This document shows positions 26,401 to 36,540 of a DNA stretch of 64,000 nt, piece after piece. How positions within the stretch are numbered: the first letter of the stretch is position 1; each line of letters opens with the position of its first letter. The notes under the pieces are model-generated. The model searched no databases, was not told where the DNA came from, and was given only the letters and a program-made list of their open reading frames with translations. The DNA comes from Epiperipatus broadwayi (Eukaryota; Animalia; Onychophora): assembly GCA_028023455.1 (NCBI GenBank), contig JAQFVV010000003.1:19964001-20028000 (forward strand), read 5' to 3'. The position numbers were made by a program, and so were the translations under genes.

Positions 26401-27007
26401 TTAAGAGTAAAAATTCCAGGTTAACTGTGTTGGTCACATGAGTATCAATGCATCAACTATAAAAATAAAACATGATATATCTATCACCAATAAGGAGAGA
26501 TATCAGATTTACAGATATTAAGTCCAAGATAATCTTTATTTTTAAAAATTATTGTTGCAAACTTAATACATATATAAATATTTACTTTAACATCTGTAGT
26601 TATATTAGAATTTTTATTCAAATGATAACACTTAAAAGCAGTATATTTTAATGCTTTAATTTATTTTCCCACTAATGCTTCAATTATTTTTAGTTTTCTG
26701 GCAAAAAACATTCTGAAGAAAAAAACAAGAACAAAGAAAATATTAATGGAAAAATGAAAAAAGTACTGAAAATATTACATCTGAATTAATTTTTTAAATT
26801 ATATAATATTTATATTCAATACCTCATATAAAAGATGCTATTTGGCAGAATATTTTTTCTGAAATGAGTACCACGATTGACTCTACATAGTCAGATTTTA
26901 TATCTATTTTGAATATATGATAAAAAATACACACATCAAATTCTTTGTTTGCAATTACATATGCTACATCCATTTTTTGTATAAATTAAATATTTAAAAT
27001 AACAATA

Positions 27008-27155
27008 TTCATTAAGAACGAATCAAATTTGTATGAGATAAATGTCCTCATGAAGCTTGTTTGGACATGTATAATTTTAATTCATTAAGAGTGAATCAAG
27101 TTTGTGGGAGATAAATGTCCTCGTGAAGCCTGTTTGGACAAGTATAATTTTAATT
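27008..27155. repeat. 73 bp x2 tandem duplication
   Basis: ttcattaaga...gagataaatgtcctc(a/g)tgaagc(t/c)tgtttggaca...ataattttaatt repeated. Confidence 0.85.
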
Positions 27156-27659
27156 TTACACCCTACTCCTTTAAAATGATCTCTACATAGTAAACAGGAT
27201 AGTTTTCTCTTAGTGTGTTGAAACCGCAAGAGGTCATACTTTTTATGTAAACAAATACAAATATAACGCTACCAGGTTTTTTTTATTTATTTTCAACTTT
27301 AACATTACTTTCTAAAATAGAATAATTATGTTTTTAAATTACATTATACATTTTAGCACCTTGCGACATTTTGCAAACTATTTTTAACCAATTTACAAAA
27401 CAACATTATTTTGTAAAAAACATTATTTACGAAAATTCAAAAATTACAATATTTTAAATTACATTCCACAAATTAGGCTGTAAGATCACTATTACGAAGG
27501 CATATTACAACAGTTATGGCCAGTTGAATTCCAAACACCCTCACAATATACAGTAGCAATCTGTTAAGTATGCGCATTTGCATAGTGTTGTAATATTGGT
27601 GTGTAATGTCATCTAAGCCTGCAATGGATAATATGAACAGAACTGTCCTATAGGCCGTA

Positions 27660-27730
27660 ACTTTCTATGCAAAAGTACAGAAATATTGGGCCATGTAAAC
27701 GGCATATTTCTGTGCATTTGCGTAGAAAGT
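27660..27730. repeat. 71 bp hairpin (27 bp arms, 17 nt loop)
   Basis: actttctatgcaaaagtacagaaatat / atatttctgtgcatttgcgtagaaagt. Confidence 0.85.
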
Positions 27731-28571
27731 ATGCCCTTTTGTGGTTTACCGTAAACAGTATCAATATATTATACGTTGAAATATCTGAAACTAATTTAAT
27801 ATACTTTTAATTTATAAAGTGCATGGTAATAAAATATAAAAAACATATTCACCTCCACATATAAAAGCAGAACTAATTATTTTTCTTCCTTAAATATCCT
27901 TAGCTCTATACCATGCTGTGTATATCATAATGCATTTTTCAGAATCTGGGAAATATCAGCTAAGCTCTTTGATTAATGTAATTTTTTTCCACTTTTTTGT
28001 ATTGAACTGCTTTGAGATTTTTTTATTTGATTATCATAATCGAGAATGAGTAATTACAGATTTGTCTGGTTTGAGAGATTCAATAAATTTCCTCTCAACA
28101 TATGTATATATAAATGAAAATTTTATTAACCTTAATTCTAATATTACAGTAGTAAGGCTTTCAACCTTTCTTTCTTCGTCTTGGCCATTCTTATTTAAAA
28201 CCTTTAATTCATTGCACACTTTAAGCAATTCATTATAACCATCTATTTTAGTAATAACTATTTCAATCTTAATGAGTATGATTTTATAGAAGACAAGATT
28301 CATCCAACATATTCTATTACCAAAACTATTTCCTATATTAATAATTCATAACTTTGTCAAAAATCACTTAATGGAGGCATATTAATAAATTTTTATTGGT
28401 CATTCATTAGACTAAAGATTATCCAATAATCCAATAATATTCCTGTAATGTAATTTTGACTATACCACTCTCACACAAGGTAGGGACTGGTTTCTATCTG
28501 CTTTTAACATCTTGTGAAAAAATGTAATCATAAACATATGACCAAAGATATGTGAAAAAGATCTATGATTT

Positions 28572-28617
28572 CCAAGCATGCACATTTCATGCTGAACCAG
28601 AACTCCTCATCAGTTGG
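28572..28617 (-). ncRNA. Minimal type I hammerhead ribozyme, degenerate
   Basis: CCAA CTGATGA ggagttctg-gtt-cagcat GAAA TGTGCA TG C TTGG; stem II disrupted and G at the cleavage position. Confidence 0.7.
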
Positions 28618-29000
28618 CCCAGTCCACAATCTCTTACACATATCTTTATCATTGTTCAGTGGATATGGAGATAGCAAATTACTACAGTTTAATTGATAAA
28701 TGTCAAAGGTGCTGCCCGCACAACTTTGTCACAAATCATTAAATGAAAGTATATTAATATTTTTTATTAGTTACTCGTTAGACTAGAGATTGAAATTATA
28801 CTACAAGAATATTATTCATTATTGAATAATTTCTAATCTAATGAATGACCAATAAAAATTTATTAATATACCTCCATTAAGTGATTTTTGACAAAGTTAT
28901 GAGGGCAGCACATTTAACACATATGTTAAACTGTAGTAATTTGTTATCTACATATATACTGAACAATGATGAAGATATATGTAAAAGATTGTGGTCTTGA

Positions 29001-29041
29001 CCAACTGATGAGTGCTGGTTCGGCAGAAATGGGCCTCTTGG
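29001..29041 (+). ncRNA. Minimal type I hammerhead ribozyme
   Basis: CCAA CTGATGA G TGCTG-GTT-CGGCA GAAA TGGGCC TC TTGG; core intact, C11.1 deleted, stem III mismatch. Confidence 0.75.
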
Positions 29042-29365
29042 GAATCATAGATCTTTTTCATATATCTTTAGCCATATGTTTATAATTATATCCCTCCATG
29101 GGGTGTTAAAAGCAGATAGAAATCAGTCCCTATCTTATATGAGAATAGTGCAGTGAAAATTATACTAAAGGAATATTATTTATTATTGGATACTCTCTAG
29201 TCTAGAGAATGACTAATAAATATTATTAATATACTGCCATTAAGTGATTTGTGACAATGTTGTGCGGGCAGCAAATTTGACATTTATCAATTAAACTATA
29301 GTAATTTGCTATTTACATAAATATTGAACAGTGATAAAGATATGTGTAAGAGACTGTGGTCGGGA

Positions 29366-29405
29366 CAACTGATGAGTGCTGGTTCTGCATGAAATGTGCA
29401 TCTTG
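29366..29405 (+). ncRNA. Minimal type I hammerhead ribozyme, best-preserved copy of the array
   Basis: CAA CTGATGA GTGC-TGGTTCT-GCAT GAAA TGTGCA TC TTG; AUC cleavage after 29402; near-palindromic stem III ATGTGCAT. Confidence 0.8.
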
Positions 29406-30266
29406 ATAACCATAAATGTTTTTCAATGTCTCTGGTCATATGTTTATGATTACATAAAAGCAGATAGGAACAAATCCCTAACCTTGTGTGAGAGCAATAT
29501 AGTGAAAATTACACTACAGGAATATTATTCATTGTTTCCTATATTCCTTTCCACTGGTTGTAAACTGTTATAGATCTTAAAAGTTTTATATGATATTCCA
29601 ATCTTTTGTTTTCTATTGGTTGGAGACCATAGCTTTACACTGCCAAGAAGCCATTGATCTCATCAATTCAAAATATATCTGTGGCAAAATATTTTCAGCA
29701 CTTAATCATGGTTTCCTAAAGCCTTCTAGAATCATTTCTATCTTCAATATTTTTTTCACAGTATATTACTCCAATAGACACATTATGTTTTCACTACTGA
29801 TGTTCTGTGTGATAAACACACCTTAAAGTCCAATAACATTTAAGATATATCAAATACAATTATGAATGGTTAGATAGTTTATATTTAATGGATAGACTAT
29901 AGTCACTAGAATGATGTTGTATATTGGCAATAGAAATTGTGTAAAGGAAATGCAGTGCACAAGATGGAATCAAGTAAATATCAGGACAGATAGAATATTT
30001 TTTGCCAGAGAATGGCAGAGCCACAACTAACTTCAGGGAACACAGACAATGCATCAACATTTACAATGACCAAATACCATAAAGTTCAGCAACAATTTTG
30101 TCTAGACAACAAAGATTATCAAAGTTTTGTCTGACAACAATAGAGTCAAACCAAATTCCTATATTCTACAAGCAAGAGTGTTACTTTACAACAACCAGTT
30201 ATTTCTGTTGTGTACATTATAATTATGATAAAACTTTGATATTATGAATTAAATTTTATAGTATCT

Positions 30267-30336
30267 TTGCTGAATGTAATTTTTAATTATTTCTAGAAGA
30301 ATTGCTGAATGTAATTTTTAATTATTTCTAGAAGAA
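30267..30336. repeat. Exact 35 bp x2 tandem duplication
   Basis: ttgctgaatgtaatttttaattatttctagaagaa twice. Confidence 0.95.
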
Positions 30337-30795
30337 TAATATATGATCAGGTAACATAAAAATTTCCTATAAATATCTATAAGGAATCTAAATACTTTAT
30401 TAATTAGCTCAATCTCAACATTTCTTATAAAATAATAATATATAATAAGCATCCTCTCAAACACTGTAATTGTATAGAATTAGATATTTTCAAAAATAAC
30501 TGCTTCTAATTTCTGTGTACATCACATAATCTCACAAGGTACTGATTGCAATAAAGTAATTCCCTTCATGACATCCAACTAATATTATCTTATAAAATAT
30601 TATAGGTGTCAGCTCCAAATTATTCTAGGCACAAGTGGAATTTTACCTTCCTTATATCATTCCTATTTCAGATTTCTATAAGGTATAAGAAGCAAAACTC
30701 ACTATATATATTGCTACACACAGCAAGCTAGAGTAATCAATGGATGCCAGAAGGCTTGGGCATAAAATCCCCATCTAGTGCCTACTCACCCAATA

Positions 30796-30837
30796 TCCCC
30801 ATACTAGTTTCAGGCTTATGGCCTTTGTCAGTGAGGA
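30796..30837 (-). ncRNA. Minimal type I hammerhead ribozyme with G8>A core mutation
   Basis: TCCTCA CTGACAA AGGC-CATAA-GCCT GAAA CTAG TA TGGGGA. Confidence 0.8.
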
Positions 30838-31202
30838 GCCTTGGATCTGAGAGCACTGCACCTAGATCTGCAACTCTCCAGCAACCACCCCTTATCTCCA
30901 TTTAACTACAAAATTACAGTTATACACAAGCATAAGAAGTGGTGGTCATATGATGTTTGGTAGCTTAAAACCAATCCTGCCTGGTGGGATAGTGGTGGCT
31001 ATGGTTGTTAAAGAACCAAAGACACCAAAATGTATGGGTACTGAACTGGGTTCAGACCCATATGACTATATAAGCTGATGGGCTTAGATTGAAAACATTA
31101 AAGTGTTTTCAGTTTAAGACTCATAGTTTTGTAGTTAAATGGAGATAAGGGGTGGTTGCTGGAGGGTTGCAGATCTAGGTGCAGTGCTCTCAGATCCAAG
31201 GC

Positions 31203-31243
31203 TCCTCACTGACGAAGGCCTAAGCCAGAAACTAGTCTGGGGA
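31203..31243 (+). ncRNA. Minimal type I hammerhead ribozyme, core intact
   Basis: TCCTCA CTGACGA AGGC-CTAA-GCCA GAAA CTAG TC TGGGGA; 6 bp stem I, palindromic CTAG loop III, GUC cleavage after 31237; A-A mismatch at 10.1/11.1. Confidence 0.85.
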
Positions 31244-34024
31244 TATTGGATGAGTAAGCACTAGATGGGGATTTTATGCACAAGCCTTCTGGCATCCATT
31301 GATTACTTTAGTTTGCTGTGTGTGGCAATATATATAGTGTTTTGCCTGTTTTAACAACAGTTATACACAAGCATAAGAGGTGGTGGTCATGTGATGTTTG
31401 GAGGGATAAGAAGCTTTGGTTAAAACAGACTATGGGAAAATATAACAATTTCATATTAGCAATGAAGTTAGGTAAGATTGCATATCATTGCTACATCTAT
31501 ATTTATTCAACTTGCACAGTGAATATGTAATTTTAAAAAGCCAGAATGGAAAAAGACAAATATTTAATTCAGGAATACTGCAGGAAAAAAGATTAACAAT
31601 ATTAGATCTGTTGATATAATTATAGTTTAAGAGATTAAGATCTCAAAACTCTAATAAGGAGAATTTAAAGAGAAAGTGAAAAATAGATTTATGATTAAAT
31701 TTAAAGACAACAATTTTGATAACAGCAGCTAATTTCAAAACTGATGTTAATGATCAAGATAATCTTGAATACTTTTTTGTCTCCTGGAATCATATGTCAA
31801 CAAGAAAGCCATAAAGCTTTTTTTTTTTTTTAGCTTTTAGGGAGAAACTTTTAAAAATAAACACCACAGTTATTTTAACTACTGTATTTTCTGTGAATCT
31901 CTGTGGATGTGGAAGTTAATGTTGAAAAAGATAAAAAAAATTATTGATGCTTTTGAACATCCTGAAAAAATTTCAGAGAATACCACGAAAATGAATAAAT
32001 AAATACATAATCAAAATAATCTAAATCCTTGCTTGAAGCACAAATGTTCACATTTAATTTGCCTCATTTGGTCATATTATAATAAGAATCTAATTGTGCT
32101 AGGAAAGCATACAAAGCTCAAAAAATATATAATAACCATTAAAGGACTGGATGAATTCCAATCGTTACAATAATAAATTTTCTTAGGAGGAGTCTGAAAA
32201 TAAATAACAATAGGTCATTCTGAAAAAAATGTTTTTTGTATAATTATAAGGAATTGATATCACCAACAGCCTATAATAATAATAACTTCTAATTTCTATG
32301 TTGAGCAATATATAATTAAATGCAAACTACTTTGACTGAGTATCTAATGTTCTATTAATTAAAAGAGATCTCTCTGTGCAATATATTTTCATTAACTAAT
32401 AATTCAAAAAATGATTTAAAATAATCTGTATTTTGGATTTCATCATTATCCAATAAAATGTCAGAGAATATATTAGAAATTGATTATCAAAAATTAGAAG
32501 GAAAAAAAGTTTCAATAATGAATAGTTTAATTAAATGCATATAAAAAAATGAAAATTAAAAAGCAATGAGACAGCATATTAATTTTCTTCAAATTCATTT
32601 TCATTACACTCCTCAGAAATATATACACACAAATAATATAGTCTTTCTTATGAAAAAATGCATTAATAGTGAAAAGCAAGTTTTATGACTCCAATAAATT
32701 TCTTAGCAAAGAGTACAGTCATCAAATATTAAAAAAGTATTTGATTTTTGACAGTAGTAATAAATAGTCTCCTAGACTGATTTGTGACTTGTTAGCTGTC
32801 TTCATTGAGAATCAGAATTTTTGCTATATAGATCCAGCAAATTTTATATTCTTATCAGAGTATGAAGCAGCTATCTTGCAATATAACTTTAAAAACCTCA
32901 CTACAGGTTTTTTTGACTTTTTATCAAAAGAATAGTATATAACAAATAAAACATCTCATGATTTTTCTAGATTATCTATAATCTGTATTTGTCAGTGCAA
33001 TTTCTCTGATAAAATCATTCATGCTTACAGAGATGGCTCCATGAAAAGAAAAAAAAAATACAGCCAAAACAAGACACATTAAACATTATCTAGAGAACTA
33101 TTGTAACGCTTTATTCTGTTAGATAGACATTGCTTTCTATTCTAGAAAATTATTATAGAAATTCTTGTTCAAGATACACTATAAGTCAACAATTTCTTTA
33201 TATATAATTTATATGTATAACTTATTTTAAATAATCAATTATATCTTCTTTTTTGTTTGCAAATGCATTTATAACAGCTCTAATTTGAATTACTCAAAAT
33301 AACTTTTAACTTTATCAATTTTAATCAATTTTAAATTGGATAAAAATATGCAATTCTATTAAGTAATATTTTTGTTTTCATAATGATTCCCAAGGTGTCT
33401 CACATACTGAAAAACAATAAATCTAAAAGCTTAATGTCAAAAAGGGTAATGCTAAAGCAGCTAGCTAGCTCAACATCTGTATGTGCATTGTAACTTCTTG
33501 CTACAGGTAAGTTACATTATAATCAATTTTTTTTTTTTACAATCAGTGCAACAACATTCATGTAACCAATCCATATTATCCTAGACCTTTATCTTCCAGC
33601 TAATAATAATAATTAAATACTGATATTTCTGGTAATTTACCTACGTGTATACTAATGTGCTATCTTTGAATGTCAGAATTCTATTTATGTATTAATTTTT
33701 TTGTTGATGTTTTAATGTTTATTAAATCTTTTCATAGGTATATAAATTAAACATTTATGTTATATAGGATTCACTATTATACATGGATGTGAGTATTCTC
33801 TTGCTGGATTAGAAGCAAATCTTTATGCAAGAAATTTCCAAATGATCATCAGTAAATGGGGTATGTATCTATTTTTAGCAACACAAGAGAAAGGGGAGGG
33901 TACTAAAATACCAACATTTGATTAACTTAGTGAATTATGCCATCTTTATTGCCTGTTTCACTTTAAAGATACTGAGAGGCAACCTGCAGTGAGCTTTTTA
34001 AGATGGCTTTATTTTTATGTAAAT

Positions 34025-34327
34025 ATGAATCTCTGCATATGCATATGAAAATTCAAATTCACAATAATCCACTGCTAGTTGGATCTAAGTTTATACATGA
34101 ATTTCTGAAACTGCAGAGAACTTTATATAATATATATGGTTAACATACATTACACATGACACTATTTAATTTTCAAATTATACACATTATGGTATTAACA
34201 AAAAATAATTGGCACAAAAGTAGATTATAATTATGAAAAAATAATACAGTAATAAATATATTTTAAAAAAGCATATTCTTGTATGTATGTATTGGATTTC
34301 AAAAATCCAGTGAAAAAGATACTAAAG
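34025..34327. repeat. ~300 bp old direct duplication, copy 1 (copy 2 at 43993-44256)
   Basis: atgaatctctgcatatgcatatgaaaattcaaattcac vs atgaatctcagcatatgaacatgataattcatattcac, colinear to ...agtgaaa(a/g)agata. Confidence 0.7.
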
Positions 34328-34335
34328 TAATAAAT

Positions 34336-34852
34336 TGTGAAATATCTGTTGTGTTACAATACAGTGTGTGTGTGATATGTGTATCTATGTACGTTGATTT
34401 ATTGTAAATAAAGATATTTACTGGTGTTACTGTAACCACACAATCCTTGGATAATTATCCTTCACTATATTCACTCTAGAAAATTTACATATTTTAGCGT
34501 GCGCTGAGCTCTGTTAAATACATCTAATTAATTCATATATGTAGAAGTTGCACAATATAAAACCACAGTTATAGTTAAGTGTGTGTGCAAGAAGTTCTGT
34601 AAAATGGACAAAGAAATATAAATTATTTAAACTTGCATGTATAGGAATATTTTTTTACACATACATTGTCAAAGATGTTCTATAAATATAGACTATTTCA
34701 GATGATTAATGTTTAGATTTCATTCAGTTACATATATATTTATTAATTTTTAAGAGCAAATAAACTCTTGTTAAGTTTCAACTGTATTATTGTTTCTTTT
34801 ATTATGAATGCAACCTATCTAGTATATTAACATATCCCCAGAGTATACAACA
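34336..34852 (+). mobile_element. 5' LTR of Gypsy element B
   Basis: TG...CA ends; colinear with 43362-43870. Confidence 0.85.
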
Positions 34853-35035
34853 GATTGCTGCAGTTGACAGAAAAATCTGTGCAAATAATACTGGATCAAC
34901 AGTTGACAGAAGAATCTATAAGTAACATCAGATTGCTGCAGGCAACATCAGAACATGTAAAAATAATAGTACGTTGGCACAATTAATTAAAGATTTGTGA
35001 TATATTTGTGTATGAAATAAATAAACTTCAATACA

Positions 35036-35730
35036 ATGGCATTACAAAATAATGTTATAAAGGAAGTGCAGTGGTTTGATGCCTGCACATAGATCATATA
35101 GAGAAGTATATGCTGATAAACAAGATAGGAAATGACAAGTTAAAGGCAGAAACACTGATGTTGCTAGCAGGCAAGGACATACTGCAAACAGTGAAGAGAC
35201 TGCAAACGAAAGCCTCCAGAAGAAGCAGCATATTTGGAACTAAAAGCAAAATTAAGTGACCTGTGATGTGAAAATGTTATGCGTTTCAGAAACAGTAAAC
35301 AAGCACCAAATGAGAATTATCATAAATAGAATACAGCACTGCGAAAGTTAGCAAAAAGGTGAAATTTTAATGCTGAGTTGGATACAAGCTTCTCAATCAA
35401 TTGTTATGAATGATTGAAAATAAACTATGGCAAGTTCTTCTCGGCAAGTCATCACTGGCATATAAGCAGGAGATTGACAAATGCATAACCCATGAATTAG
35501 TTATGGAAAATGCTGCAGAATTACAACACAACAGATTATGAATCTACATTTAAAATGACAGCAAATAAAACATGTTGAAACTACAAGCTGTAAAAATCCT
35601 ATGAAAGCCTTATATGTTATTATTGTGGCAAAAAGGCCATTTGAAGAAGACCTGTAAATTTAATCATGAAAGATGTCATATATGTGGCAAAACTAACACT
35701 TATTGTATATTTGTACTCAAAAGACAAAAA
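35036..35730 (+). pseudogene. gag: Decayed gag with two CCHC knuckles (Mag-like Gypsy)
   Basis: CYYCGKK(G)H..TC and CHICGKTN(H)LLYIC at ~35625-35715 after frameshift repair; upstream capsid-like fragments. Confidence 0.75.
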
Positions 35731-35871
35731 TAATAAAGTGGATTTACTTTTAAAAGTAACCTTTATTAGTAAAAAGATTACAAAAATTTTGGGTACACTT
35801 ACTCATTGAGAATTACAAAGTGTTTAATGTAACAAACAAGTTAAAACAATTATTGATTATATAAAGTACAT

Positions 35872-36540
35872 ATGCTTGATAAAAATTATATCCATAAAAG
35901 GATTGCTATAATGTTGATTAATGTATACATGGATCTACATGGTCCAGCCACTAAGAAGCTATCCATCACCCAATGATCCCACCCCTGGGGTCCCGAAGCG
36001 AAGACCCAAATGCTTCAGCTGAATAGGTGGACAAGTCCAGCATTGCGCCAACCACCACAACAGGTAGCGAGGTCCAAGGCTCAAGTCTATTAAACAATAA
36101 ATTCTTCACCCACAGCCGAGCCATGTCAAGACCATTCCAGATACTTCCGTCTCCCAATTAACAGTTCAAATGTGCAGGACTACATTCGGTCTACCTGCCC
36201 AGAATTGGAAAGCCAACTAAGAAAAACTAACGTTGTAACAGTCAGAAATGTGTGGATTCGTTAACATAGTGCAGAATTCGACCACCACACAGAACTGCAG
36301 CACCATCTAGGTAGCGAAGCCACCCATAGTACTAAGTTCGAACAAAGTTTATCGGTTCCACAATACAATCTACGAAACAACGCATCCGATGTGACATTAG
36401 TAAATATTTCTTTAGGCACGGTGGTCAGGGATATGCAAGAGATTCATGATTTTATTTTCAAGTTAGCCAATCATAACATTAATCTTAAACATTCATCTTA
36501 CAGAATCGAGGAAATATTATATGGAATGGGTATCGAATAA
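35872..36540 (+). pseudogene. Unidentified 223-codon pseudo-ORF in nested insert
   Basis: One frame from ATG to TAA with only 3 internal stops (35974, 36091, 36262), no frameshift, GC- and CpG-rich relative to flanks. Confidence 0.6.

Larger units (their letters stand above)
28340..29534. mobile_element. Retrozyme/Penelope-pLTR-like array: ~365 bp monomers, ~1.2 units minus and ~2 units plus, divergent, 11 bp TSD
   Basis: Period 371 bp on minus (28351/28722) and 364 bp on plus (cores 29005/29369); TTTCCTATATT at 28329-28339 and 29535-29545; one hammerhead per monomer. Confidence 0.85.
30694..31405. mobile_element. Second hammerhead-bearing Penelope-pLTR-like insertion with ~220 bp inverted arms and 9 bp TSD
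   Basis: 30692-30913 is the reverse complement of 31127-31345; 45 bp direct repeat at 30916-30960 and 31357-31401; ATAAGAAGC at 30685-30693 and 31406-31414. Confidence 0.85.

Noticed and set aside
28034-28303. 89 aa minus-strand ORF
   Set aside because: Only vague similarity to transposase C-termini (hAT or Tigger); cannot be assigned.
28340-29534. CRISPR-like or satellite interpretation of the repeat arrays (also 11885-12060)
   Set aside because: Eukaryotic context, no cas genes, and unit lengths and structure fit retroelement-derived repeats.
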